Assembly (NCBI GenBank): GCA_049325335.1
Contig: JBMOMC010000002.1
Span: 224,001-288,000 of the forward strand
DNA: 64,000 nucleotides
DNA from: Nitrospirota bacterium
GTDB taxonomy: Bacteria > Nitrospirota > Nitrospiria > 2-01-FULL-66-17
Direction of reading: 5' to 3'
The stretch's first letter is position 1; each line of letters begins with the position of its first letter. Of this stretch, positions 54,783-64,000 are shown piece by piece. A model generated the notes under the pieces. It was not told the DNA's origin. It saw nothing but the letters and a program-made list of their open reading frames with translations, and made no database searches. A program made the translations under genes and the position numbers.

Positions 54783-55949
54783 TTGCAGGCTAGTGCGGCC
54801 AAACTGCACGTCCTGCATACCGAATCCAGTCGAAACTGGGGGGGGCAGGAGTATCGAATCCTCGACCAAATCCGGTGGCTATTGGGTCACGGGCACGAGG
54901 CGGCGCTCGCCGCGCCGGAGGACAGCGAGATTTTGGCGCGGGCTCGGAGGGAAGGGCTCCCCGCGCATGCGGTCAATTTCCGCGGGAGCTATTCGCCGAC
55001 GGCGATTGCGCATCTTCGCCGTCTGATACGACGTGGCAGATTTGACGTGGTGGACGTCCACGGCGCCCATGACGCCACGACGGGCGGATGCGCTCGCGAC
55101 ATCAGTTGCATCGTTCGGAGTCTTCACGTCTATACTCCGCAGAAGAATTCCGGACTACGACGACTGAGTTGGCGGTGGCTCTGCCACCACGCCATTGCGA
55201 CAGCCGAGTGTATCAAGCGCCAGTTGGTGATGCTGCGGTTCAAGAGCGCCGAACGGATCAGCGTGGTTGGGGAGTGGGCGGGCGCCGAGTTCTTCGATGA
55301 TCGCCGGACCGCTCAGGCCAGGTCCGATGTGCGGAGGGAGTTGGGGTTGGCTTCGGACAGCGTGCTGTTCGCCGTCATCGGGATGCTTCGTCCCGACAAA
55401 GGCCAGATCCACTTCATTCGGGCTGCGGCTCATTATTTGAAATCACATCGAGACGCGTATTTTCTGATCGTGGGAAGCGCGACCCGCCAACACGGAGCGT
55501 ATGAGCAGGCGCTTCGTGAAACGGCCCACCAATTGGGCGTAGGGCAGCGGGTGCTATTCACCGGGTATCGTGAGGACGTGGCTCGCATCATGCGGGCGAC
55601 CGATGCCGTCGTGATCACGTCCACGACCGTGGAAGCCCAGTCGAGAGTGGCGCCTCAGGCCTTTGCCTGCGGCATCCCCGTCCTTGCCGGGCGAGTGGGC
55701 GGCGTGCCGGAGTTAGTGGTGCATCAGGAGACCGGGTGGTTGGTGGATGTGGGGGACGACGTCGGTTTTGCGAAGGGGCTGTCGACGATCATATCCGACC
55801 GCGGCGAGACCGACCGCATTGTGAAGAACGCCCGCCATCTGGCGGAGCACCGGCTGACCATCGATTGTAAGATGCGTGAAACCATTACGGCATACGAACG
55901 GGCGCGGCTCCGTGGCGGGCCTTCCGTGCGTGCCGCTGCAACGGCGTGA
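54783..55949 (+). CDS. Glycosyltransferase (GT4)
   Basis: HTESSRNWGGQE, MLRPDKG, GGVPELV. Confidence 0.88.
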   Translation: MQASAAKLHVLHTESSRNWGGQEYRILDQIRWLLGHGHEAALAAPEDSEILARARREGLPAHAVNFRGSYSPTAIAHLRRLIRRGRFDVVDVHGAHDATTGGCARDISCIVRSLHVYTPQKNSGLRRLSWRWLCHHAIATAECIKRQLVMLRFKSAERISVVGEWAGAEFFDDRRTAQARSDVRRELGLASDSVLFAVIGMLRPDKGQIHFIRAAAHYLKSHRDAYFLIVGSATRQHGAYEQALRETAHQLGVGQRVLFTGYREDVARIMRATDAVVITSTTVEAQSRVAPQAFACGIPVLAGRVGGVPELVVHQETGWLVDVGDDVGFAKGLSTIISDRGETDRIVKNARHLAEHRLTIDCKMRETITAYERARLRGGPSVRAAATA

Positions 55950-57034
55950 TGGGGACGGAACGGACTCGCGTGGTGGCGGCAGCGCCGGTTCGATCGATCC
56001 TACTGTTTAAGCTTCGGTATGTCGGCGACGTGGTGCTGACCACCCCGGCGATTCGGTTGATTCGCCGCGCCTGCCCGAACGCCACGTTGACCGCGGTGGT
56101 GTTCCGGGGCGCGGAGGACGCGCTTCGGCACAACCCGCACATCGATGCCGTGGTGACCGTGGACCGCGGGCTCATTGAGCGCGGGGGGATCGGGGCACGG
56201 TGGCGCCACGAACTGACGATGCTCAAGCAATTGCGCGCCACGCGCGCCGACGCGTCACTCGACTTTGACAGCGGGGAGCGCGGCGCGTACATGGCGTGGC
56301 TCGCGGGCGTGCCCACGCGCATCGGATTTCGCTACTCACGGGGCGTGCGGCCGTGGCTGTTTACCGTTCAGGTAGCGGTCGCTCCCACGCTGCACACCGT
56401 CGAACGCAACCTCCGCCTGGTTGAAGAAGCGTTCGGCGTGACTCGCAAGGACGAGCGCCTGGAAATCTTCCCGAGCGAGGAGGACGAGCGGGCGGTGGAT
56501 CGCTGGCTGCGCGAGCACGCGCCGGGCGGGCGCTACGCGGTCATCCATCCCGGCGCGCGGTTCGCGTTTAAGCAGTGGCCGTTCGAGAAATGGGCCGCGC
56601 TCATCGACCGTCTTCAGAATGAGTCGGGTGTCCAGGTGGTACTCGCGGGCGGGCCCGACGATCACACGGCACTCGAGGGCATCACTGCGCGCGCCGCGAG
56701 ACCCCCGATTTCGTTTACCGGTAAGACGCTCCTCCAGTTCGCCCTATTGTGCAGACGCGCGAGCGCGTTCATCGGCAACGACAGCGGCCCCGCGCACATT
56801 GCAGCGGCGGCCGGAACGCGTGTCGTGGCCCTGTTCGGTCCCACGGATCCCGCGATGTGGGGGCCGTGGGGAGACGGCCACGAGGTGGTGTCGAACCGAT
56901 CGCCTGATCTGTCGAGCGCGTCGGGCTGTGTCGAGGGCTGCGCGTGCAGCGGGCTCCATGCGATCACCGTCCAGACCGTATACGCGGCCGCGGTCCGTGC
57001 ATTGGCGGGATCAGAACCGCGGGTGGCGCGGTGA
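55946..57034 (+). CDS. GT9 heptosyltransferase (WaaQ-like)
   Basis: KLRYVGDVVLTTP, HPGARFAFKQW, NDSGPAHIAAA, LFGPT. Confidence 0.88.
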   Translation: MMGTERTRVVAAAPVRSILLFKLRYVGDVVLTTPAIRLIRRACPNATLTAVVFRGAEDALRHNPHIDAVVTVDRGLIERGGIGARWRHELTMLKQLRATRADASLDFDSGERGAYMAWLAGVPTRIGFRYSRGVRPWLFTVQVAVAPTLHTVERNLRLVEEAFGVTRKDERLEIFPSEEDERAVDRWLREHAPGGRYAVIHPGARFAFKQWPFEKWAALIDRLQNESGVQVVLAGGPDDHTALEGITARAARPPISFTGKTLLQFALLCRRASAFIGNDSGPAHIAAAAGTRVVALFGPTDPAMWGPWGDGHEVVSNRSPDLSSASGCVEGCACSGLHAITVQTVYAAAVRALAGSEPRVAR

Positions 57035-58314
57035 ACCAGAGCCACGCGCTGGAGCGCGCGTCGTTCTGGCTGTTGGCGACGCTCTTATTCGTGTTGCCGA
57101 TCGTTGAAGTGCCGAAGACCGTTGCCGCGTGGTTGTTTATCATCGTGTCTTGGTGGAGCGCGTCCTCGCGCAACGCGGGGCGACGGCCCGACGCGTTCGG
57201 GTGGGCCTTGCTCGGCGTGGTGACCGCGTCGCTGGCGAGCACGGCGATCAACTGGCCGTTTCCCAACAAGGCCAAGGGGCTGTATGACACGGCCGTGTAC
57301 GCGGTCGTTGGGTGGGGCGTGTACCGCCGTGGGTGGACCGACCAGCAGGCGCGATGGCTGGCATGGGCCGCGGTGTCGGGTGTTGTGGTGGGAGTTGCGT
57401 GGAGCGCGGCTGACGTGGTCCGCGGTTCCGCCGCGGTTTTGCGGCTTCACTCCGTGGGGCTGTACCCCAGCTCATCGATATACCTTGGCGTCGTGCTGAT
57501 GATCACGGTCGCGTTGGCCGCAACACACACCCGTTGGCGGTGGTGGGGGTGGACGATTCTGTCGGGCGCGTTCTTCGCTGCGCTCCTGTTGATGAGCAGT
57601 CGCGGGGGGATCCTTGCCTCGGTATTGGCCGTCGGCATGTGGCTGCTGCTCATCAGGCCCGCTCGAATCTGGGTTGCCGCGGTAGCCGTGGCCGTGGTAT
57701 CGGTGGCGGTCTGGCCGAACCTATTGCAATCCCAGCCGGCATTTCAGAAGATGGCCGCGTTGGTCGCGACACGACACCTCAGCGATAGCGACATGCTGCG
57801 CGTGACCATGTGGCGGATCGGCGCGGCGCAGGTCGTTCGAGGTGGGTCACCCTGGTTCGGGGTGGGCCCGCGGAATTTTTCAAGCCTCGACCCGTCGAGG
57901 CTCGGCGTCGAGAGGCCGGCCGCGACCGCCGGAGTGCCGGTCATTCATGCACATAACCTTTTTCTGACCAAAGCGGCCGAAGAAGGGTTAGTCGGGTTGA
58001 TGGCGATGCTCGCCCTGTTCGGCGTGGTGGCGCACCGCCTCACGCGCGACTGGCTTGCCGGCCGTGCGCTCGATTGGCGCTGGGGCGCGGCATGGGGCGC
58101 ACTCCTTATTCCCGTGATTGGGGGCTCGTTCAACACGCCGTGGTACCAGGAGCACGCGCTGCTCGCGATGATCTGGTTCGGCCTCTACCTGGGATCGCGG
58201 CACGCCGGCGCTGTGAGGCCTTACCAGTCTCCGGGAACGGGCGGAACGGCGCCGTTGAACCAGAACCGGGCATCGGCCGGTCAACTTGCTTCGCCGGAAG
58301 CGACTCTGCTATAA
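57031..58314 (+). CDS. waaL: O-antigen ligase family protein
   Basis: About 12 TM helices, SSRGG, R..MW, HAHNLFL...EEGLVG. Confidence 0.82.
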   Translation: MNQSHALERASFWLLATLLFVLPIVEVPKTVAAWLFIIVSWWSASSRNAGRRPDAFGWALLGVVTASLASTAINWPFPNKAKGLYDTAVYAVVGWGVYRRGWTDQQARWLAWAAVSGVVVGVAWSAADVVRGSAAVLRLHSVGLYPSSSIYLGVVLMITVALAATHTRWRWWGWTILSGAFFAALLLMSSRGGILASVLAVGMWLLLIRPARIWVAAVAVAVVSVAVWPNLLQSQPAFQKMAALVATRHLSDSDMLRVTMWRIGAAQVVRGGSPWFGVGPRNFSSLDPSRLGVERPAATAGVPVIHAHNLFLTKAAEEGLVGLMAMLALFGVVAHRLTRDWLAGRALDWRWGAAWGALLIPVIGGSFNTPWYQEHALLAMIWFGLYLGSRHAGAVRPYQSPGTGGTAPLNQNRASAGQLASPEATLL

Positions 58315-58321
58315 GGGCCGT

Positions 58322-59830
58322 ATGATCCGGACCAGTCGAACGAATGATGCCTTGCCCATTCTCTTCGGGACTTCGGGCTGGCGAGCGGTCATTGCGGATC
58401 AATTCACGTTCGACCACGTCGCGCTTGTCACCCGGGCGATCGCGGATTACCTGGATACCCACGCAGGTATTGATCAGCCGGTTATCGTAGGCTACGACAC
58501 GCGGTTTCTGGCGGATCGGTTTGCCCGTTGCGCCGCGGACGTGCTGGCCGCGCAAGGCCGGCGCGTGTTGTTGGCCGACCGCGACGTGCCCACGCCGGTG
58601 GTGGCACACGCGATCCTGCACCGGCGGGCGGCCGGCGGGGTCAATCTGACCGCCAGTCACAATCCCCCGGAGTATTGCGGGATCAAATTTTCCCCGGCAT
58701 GGGGCGGCCCGGCGCTTCCGGACGCCACTCGGTGGATCGAAGCGCGGATCGCGGCGCTTCGGGACCAGGACGACGGCGCATCGGTTCAATCGACCGGGTC
58801 GATCGAAGACTTCAGCCCGCGCGACGCGTATCTCGCCCATGTGAACACAGTGATCGACTTCCCCGCGATTCGCGCCGCCAAACTGCGCGTGGCGGTGGAT
58901 GTGCTCCACGGGACCGCGCGTGGGTACCTCGACGCCCTGCTCGCGGCCGAGGGGTGCGACGTCGCGGTCTTGCACGATCGTCTTGATCCCCTCTTCGGCG
59001 GGAGCGCGCCTGACCCGTCCGAGCGGCGGTTGACCGAGCTGTCGGCGCTTGTGCGTGACGGGCGGTACCACCTCGGGGTGGCGACCGACGGCGATGCGGA
59101 CCGGTTCGGCGTGGTGGACGCGGACGGGGCATACATCAGCGCGAACGAAGTGCTGGCGTTGGTGGTGGATTATCTGATCCGAACCCGCGGCGCACAAGGC
59201 GGGGTGGCGCGTTCGGTGGCGACCAGTCACTTGGTGGACGCGGTGGCCGCGCGCCACGGCCGCCCGGTCTATGAGACCGGAGTGGGATTTAAGTACATCG
59301 GTCGGTTGATCGCGGAGGGGAAGCTCGTGGCGGGGGGCGAGGAGGCACAGGGTCTGACTATCGGCGGGCACGTTCCGGACAAGGACGGCATTCTGACGTG
59401 TCTGCTGCTCGTGGAAATGGTCGCGAAAACCGGCAAACCGTTGCGAATCCAACTCGAAGAGTTGGTCGCCACGGTCGGTCCCCGGTATTACCTGCGCGTA
59501 GACCGGCCCGTGTCGCCGGGCGGCGTCGATCAACTACGCGAGCGGCTGGGACGGCTCTCAGGTATCGGCGATTTCCCCATTGTCCGGCGGATCGAGGTGG
59601 AGGGCGTCGCCAAACTGTACGTGGATGACTCCAGTTGGGTGATCATCCGGCCGTCCGGGACCGAGCCCGTGGTCCGCGTATACGCGGAATCCACGTCGCC
59701 CGAGCGGGCCGAGGCGTTACTCGCCGCGGGTATTACGCTCACGGATTCAGCACCCGCTTCCGACGAGGCGGAACCCGTGCTGGCCTCATCGCATGATCGC
59801 TCATACCGAAAGGGTACGCTCCACCGGTAA
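58322..59830 (+). CDS. Phosphoglucomutase/phosphomannomutase
   Basis: FGTSGWR, TASHNP, DGDADR, GFKYI, RPSGTEP. Confidence 0.95.
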   Translation: MIRTSRTNDALPILFGTSGWRAVIADQFTFDHVALVTRAIADYLDTHAGIDQPVIVGYDTRFLADRFARCAADVLAAQGRRVLLADRDVPTPVVAHAILHRRAAGGVNLTASHNPPEYCGIKFSPAWGGPALPDATRWIEARIAALRDQDDGASVQSTGSIEDFSPRDAYLAHVNTVIDFPAIRAAKLRVAVDVLHGTARGYLDALLAAEGCDVAVLHDRLDPLFGGSAPDPSERRLTELSALVRDGRYHLGVATDGDADRFGVVDADGAYISANEVLALVVDYLIRTRGAQGGVARSVATSHLVDAVAARHGRPVYETGVGFKYIGRLIAEGKLVAGGEEAQGLTIGGHVPDKDGILTCLLLVEMVAKTGKPLRIQLEELVATVGPRYYLRVDRPVSPGGVDQLRERLGRLSGIGDFPIVRRIEVEGVAKLYVDDSSWVIIRPSGTEPVVRVYAESTSPERAEALLAAGITLTDSAPASDEAEPVLASSHDRSYRKGTLHR

Positions 59831-59892
59831 GGACGGCGTCGACTCCACCGCAACACGGTAACTGACCATCTCGTCACAGGGAGTGTGGGAGG

Positions 59893-62829
59893 ATGCTGCA
59901 GGCAACTGGGCGATGGATCGTAGTGCTGGGAGCGCTCATCACGGGCGGTAGCCTTGTCGCGACGGCCGCGGCCCAACCGCCGCCGTCCGCCGTCCCTCCC
60001 GAGTTGGTTCAGCAGGCGCAGGATGCCTGTCGAACCTTGCAACAGGTCGATCCCAAGAAAGCCGATGAGTTGTGCGGCACACGGTCGTCCTCGGATCAGC
60101 CCTCATCACCCAGACGCATCGAGCGCGGAGCCGTGTCCCCTCGGCAGGAGGTTGAGGATCGTCACGACGAAGTGGACCAAGCGTGTCGATCCCTCAAAAA
60201 GTCGGATCCCGAGACCGCGGAGATCTTGTGCCGGCCACGGCCTCAAGAATCGGCTGAGGACGCGACGCGGGAGCGTGGTCCGATTGAGCCCGCTTTGGGA
60301 GTTCCGCCCAAGGCCGGGGAGTCGACTGACCGGTCTTCCGTTGTGCCCACGGTCTCCGAGTTGGAACGTTTCTTCCGCACGGAAGAGTCCAACGAGACCC
60401 CGGTTGAACTGTCAAACGAACCGTTGAAGCAATTCGGTTACGCGCTCTTTCAGGACTCGGAGACCACGACGGCATTCACGCCCGGCGTGGACGTCCCGGT
60501 GAGCCCGGACTACGTGATCGGGCCGGCGGATGAATTCACGATCACCATCTGGGGCCTCGTCGACGGCCTGTACAAGGTCCAAGTGGATCGTAACGGCGAA
60601 ATCACGTTGCCGCGCGCCGGGGTCATCCCGGTTGCGGGTTTGCGGTACGACGAGTTGCGGCCGTTCTTGGAGCGCCACTTGGCCAAGTACTACCAAGACT
60701 TTCACTTGAGCGTGGGCATGGGGCGGTTGCGCAGCATCCGGGTGTACGTGGTGGGCGAAGCCGTCCATCCCGGCAGCTACACGTTGAGCGCGTTGTCCAC
60801 CGCGTATCACGCGTTGTTCGCCGCTGGCGGACCGACCAAGCGAGGCAGCCTGCGAAAAATGCAGGTCATCCGTGGCGGGAAAACCACGGCGTCGATCGAT
60901 TTGTATGATTTTCTCATGAAGGGCGATCGTACGCAGGACGTGAAGTTGCAGCATGAGGATACGATTCTGGTGCCGCTGATCGGCTCGACCGTGGCCGTGT
61001 CCGGCAATGTGGTCCGACCCGCGATTTATGAAATGAAGGACAAGGCCTCGTTGGCGGACGCGCTCCGGTTGGCGGGCGGGCCGCGTCCGACCGCGGATCT
61101 CAATCGCGTGCAGATCGAACGCGTGGAGGCGCATGAGCAGCGGATCGCGGTGGATCTGGATCTTTCGCGACTCGACGAAGCTGCGGCCGTGCCGATCCGG
61201 AACATGGACGTGGTGAAGGTGTTTCCCATTCAGGCCACGGCGCGCAACGTGGTGCGGCTCGGCGGCCACGTGGTGCGGGCCGGCGAGTACCAATTCAAGC
61301 CTGGCATGCGTGTGCGGGATATCATCCCGTCGTACGAGCAGTTCCTCCCGGAACCGTCGCTCGAATATAGTGAAATCATCCGGTACGAACGGCCGACCAT
61401 GGCCCGCACCGTGCTCACCTTCAGTATCCAGGAAATGATGGCGGGCAACCCGCGCCATAACCTGGATCTCCAGGATCGCGACGAGATCCGGATCTATCCC
61501 GCGGCGCGTTTTCGCGACCCCGCGTTCGTGACGATCAGCGGCGCAGTGCGTCATCCCGGACGGTATCGCCTGTACCACGACATGACCGTGCTCGAACTCG
61601 TTCGTCAAGCGGGAGACCCCACCCCGGATGCGTTCACCGCGCGGTCGGAAATCCGACGCAAGGTTCAGAACGGAGACGCGGGTTTTGCGCGGGAGGTCGT
61701 GTATTTCCAACTTGATCGGTTGTTGGAGGGGGATGAGGCCGAGCGTAAAGCGCTGGCGCCTGATGACGAAGTGGTCATCACGGCCAAGAACGACGTGAAG
61801 GTGTTGCCGCACGTGAAGGTCAGCGGAGAAGTGAAACGGCCGGGCTCGTACCCGTTGATGAAGGGCATGCGGGTGAAGGATCTGGTATTCCAGGGCGGGC
61901 TCACCCGGGAATCAGCGACCAGCGAGGCCGAACTGGTGCGGTTCACCCCGTCGTCCGTGGCGGAACAAGGGGATCGCGAGGTCATGCCGATCGATCTGGC
62001 GCGCGTGCTAGCGGATGATCCGGCTCAGAATATGCCGCTTCAGGGCGACGACGAACTGCTGGTCAAACAAGTGGGGGAGCTCAAGCGACAATACCGCGTG
62101 AGCGTGGAAGGCGAGGTGCAATTCCCCGGCTCGTACGTGGTCCGCTCCGGCGAACGCATGAGTTCGTTGATTCGGCGCGCGGGCGGCTTCACGGACAAGG
62201 CGTATCTGCGCGGCGCGATTTTTACTCGTGAGAGCGTGCGAGCGAGCCAAGAACTCCAGCTCCAGGAATTCACCAATGCCCATACCCAGCGCGTGACCGC
62301 GGAGGCCGCGTCCTTGGCCATGGGGGGGCTCTCGAAAGACGAGGCCGAAGCCGCTCGGTTTGAATTGTCCACGCGACAGGAAGCCGTGAAACTCTTGGCA
62401 TCCAAAACCGTGCTGGGCCGAGTCGTGGTCCGCTTGGACCAGCCCGAGGCGCTCGAGGGCGGCCCTGACGACCTGACACTGGAAGACGGCGACCGGCTGG
62501 TGATCCCCCAACCGCCCTCGTCAGTGGCGGTGTTGGGCAGTGTGCGCAATCCCACCGCGGTGGTGGCGCATTCCGCCAAAGCGATCAAGGACTATGTCGC
62601 GATGGCGGGCGGGTATTTGCCGAATGCGGATCGCAAGGCCATCTACCTGGTGAAAGCGGACGGCTCGTCCGTCAGCCCGGATGAGGTCAAGACCGTGGAA
62701 GCCGGTGACGCGATTCTGGTTCCACCACAGATGGAGGCCAAGTACCGTCCGTTGCCGCTCTGGCGGGACATCGCCACGATCGTAGGGCAGTTTGCGATCG
62801 CGATTGCAGCGGTGGTGGTGATTTTTTAG
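59893..62829 (+). CDS. Multi-SLBB polysaccharide export protein (OPX, Wza/KpsD-like)
   Basis: DYVIGPAD poly_export motif, many SLBB repeats (GEVxxPG, AGG), C-terminal hydrophobic helix. Confidence 0.9.
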   Translation: MLQATGRWIVVLGALITGGSLVATAAAQPPPSAVPPELVQQAQDACRTLQQVDPKKADELCGTRSSSDQPSSPRRIERGAVSPRQEVEDRHDEVDQACRSLKKSDPETAEILCRPRPQESAEDATRERGPIEPALGVPPKAGESTDRSSVVPTVSELERFFRTEESNETPVELSNEPLKQFGYALFQDSETTTAFTPGVDVPVSPDYVIGPADEFTITIWGLVDGLYKVQVDRNGEITLPRAGVIPVAGLRYDELRPFLERHLAKYYQDFHLSVGMGRLRSIRVYVVGEAVHPGSYTLSALSTAYHALFAAGGPTKRGSLRKMQVIRGGKTTASIDLYDFLMKGDRTQDVKLQHEDTILVPLIGSTVAVSGNVVRPAIYEMKDKASLADALRLAGGPRPTADLNRVQIERVEAHEQRIAVDLDLSRLDEAAAVPIRNMDVVKVFPIQATARNVVRLGGHVVRAGEYQFKPGMRVRDIIPSYEQFLPEPSLEYSEIIRYERPTMARTVLTFSIQEMMAGNPRHNLDLQDRDEIRIYPAARFRDPAFVTISGAVRHPGRYRLYHDMTVLELVRQAGDPTPDAFTARSEIRRKVQNGDAGFAREVVYFQLDRLLEGDEAERKALAPDDEVVITAKNDVKVLPHVKVSGEVKRPGSYPLMKGMRVKDLVFQGGLTRESATSEAELVRFTPSSVAEQGDREVMPIDLARVLADDPAQNMPLQGDDELLVKQVGELKRQYRVSVEGEVQFPGSYVVRSGERMSSLIRRAGGFTDKAYLRGAIFTRESVRASQELQLQEFTNAHTQRVTAEAASLAMGGLSKDEAEAARFELSTRQEAVKLLASKTVLGRVVVRLDQPEALEGGPDDLTLEDGDRLVIPQPPSSVAVLGSVRNPTAVVAHSAKAIKDYVAMAGGYLPNADRKAIYLVKADGSSVSPDEVKTVEAGDAILVPPQMEAKYRPLPLWRDIATIVGQFAIAIAAVVVIF

Positions 62830-62875
62830 AGGGCGGGATTACAACCCGCCCGTACTCGCGAAAGGATGTCGCGGC

Positions 62876-63658
62876 GTGCTGTATCGTGCTGAAACCGAGA
62901 CCCTGGAGCCGGAGCGCGAGGTCGCACTTTCGGTCCAGGACGATCCGGAACCCACGTTGGAGGACTACGCCCGTGTGGTGTGGGGGGGGCGATGGGTGAT
63001 CCTGGCGGCGGTTGCGCTCGGGACCGTCACAGCCGCCGCGGTGAGTGTCAATACTCCGAAGACCTATACCGCACAAGCTACGGTGATGCCGTTGGGATCT
63101 GAGCGGGGCGGCGGGTTGGCCTCGGCGTTGTCGGGGTCGCTGGGGGGCGCGTTGGGGATCGAAAACCCCAGCGATAAGTTGTTGGCCGTGTTCCAGAGCC
63201 GCCGGATCGCGGCCATGGTGGTCGAAGATCTCCATCTGATGGATCTGTTTACCCAGACGAACGGAACCCGGCTGACCCGCGATGAGGTAATTGAGGCCGT
63301 GCAGAAGGGTGTGGTGAAGGTAAGCGGCGGCGGTCGCGGACTCATTACCGTGCGCGCGCAGTGGCGCGACCCGGCCATAGCCGCGGCCATGGCCAACTCA
63401 ACCATCGCGGCCACCGGGCGGTTTCTCAACGAGCACTCCATCAGCATGAACTTTCAAGTGTTGGACGAAGCCGTGCCGCCGCTTCGGGCCAGTAGCCCCA
63501 GGATTCGATTGAATGTCGCCACGGCCTTCGCGGTGTCCGTGTTCGCTGGACTGGTGTTCGTATTCGTCAGGGAATACGTCCGAGGGTTGCGTGGGCGTCG
63601 AACTTTCAATGGCCATCACGGGGCGGAGAGCGTGCCGAACGGGTTCCGGAGCGAGTGA
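62876..63658 (+). CDS. Wzz-like polysaccharide co-polymerase
   Basis: N-terminal TM, PKTYTAQATV, QVLDEAVPP...SPR, C-terminal TM. Confidence 0.8.
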   Translation: MLYRAETETLEPEREVALSVQDDPEPTLEDYARVVWGGRWVILAAVALGTVTAAAVSVNTPKTYTAQATVMPLGSERGGGLASALSGSLGGALGIENPSDKLLAVFQSRRIAAMVVEDLHLMDLFTQTNGTRLTRDEVIEAVQKGVVKVSGGGRGLITVRAQWRDPAIAAAMANSTIAATGRFLNEHSISMNFQVLDEAVPPLRASSPRIRLNVATAFAVSVFAGLVFVFVREYVRGLRGRRTFNGHHGAESVPNGFRSE

Positions 63659-64000
63659 AGGTTGTTACGTGCGTTATGGCGCTCCTGGTTACTGCACCGG
63701 CGTTCGCCGCGGAACCGCACCTGCCTACTGATGACCTTCTCTACCGACGGCTGGAATGGTTGGCGGCGCTGGGTCTTGTCAACGAGGGCTTGCTGGGGAC
63801 GCGTCCATTAACCAAGGATGCCCTGGGGTCGATGTTGCGGGAGATCCGCATCAATGCCGCTGGATCGTCGGATCCGTGGATCACGGCCGATGTCCAGACC
63901 GTTGAACGCCGACTGGTGTCCATGGGGTCGATGGGCGATGCGCGGTTCGAAGGCCGCTTCGTCCAAGGGGACGGACCCGCGGTTCCCACGGGCATCGAGC
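63655..64000 (+). CDS. Wzi-like capsule assembly protein, 3'-partial
   Basis: GTGA overlap; signal peptide then LPTDDLLYRRLEWLAALGLV...GTRPLT; frame open to the window end. Confidence 0.6.
   Translation, partial: MKVVTCVMALLVTAPAFAAEPHLPTDDLLYRRLEWLAALGLVNEGLLGTRPLTKDALGSMLREIRINAAGSSDPWITADVQTVERRLVSMGSMGDARFEGRFVQGDGPAVPTGIE

Noticed and set aside
59944..59955. ops-like GGCGGTAG near the start of the polysaccharide export gene
   Set aside because: It is inside the coding sequence, lacks the nnTG end and JUMPstart context, and is likely by chance at this GC content.

Overview
GC-rich bacterial chromosome segment. 16S rRNA signatures and a lineage-typical small Zn-ribbon gene suggest Nitrospirota; this is an inference, not a database result. 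From left to right: a 5'-partial beta-propeller protein, a NUDIX hydrolase, ligA and a SnoaL-like gene; a complete rrn operon (16S, tRNA-Ile, tRNA-Ala, 23S, 5S) with tandem promoters and a terminator; a signalling cassette (FleQ-like sigma54 activator, FliJ-like protein, PAS kinase, two receivers including an HD-GYP protein, csrA, fliW, FliS-like protein); argS-tgt-yajC-secD-secF; radC; then about 38 kb of envelope genes (bamA-skp-lpxD-fabZ-lpxA-lpxI-gnnA-like-lpxB-msbA-DUF374-waaA-lpxK-waaF-gmhB-waaC, methyl- and glycosyltransferases, waaP, YejM-like, waaL, PGM/PMM, Wza/Wzz/Wzi-like). The most notable observations are: (1) the DUF374/LpxJ-like lipid A acyltransferase is split by a -1 frame change at an A10 tract; (2) three copies of a ~126-bp covarying hairpin element sit in the lipid A operon, and two of them supply the stop codons of waaA and gmhB; (3) GnnA-like, LmtA-like and variant YejM genes point to an unusual lipid A; (4) a sigma54 promoter with FleQ-like boxes drives a 52-aa Zn-ribbon protein; (5) there is a small (D/E)RR-repeat protein; (6) one methyltransferase lacks a canonical start codon. 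No CRISPR array, prophage or transposase was seen.
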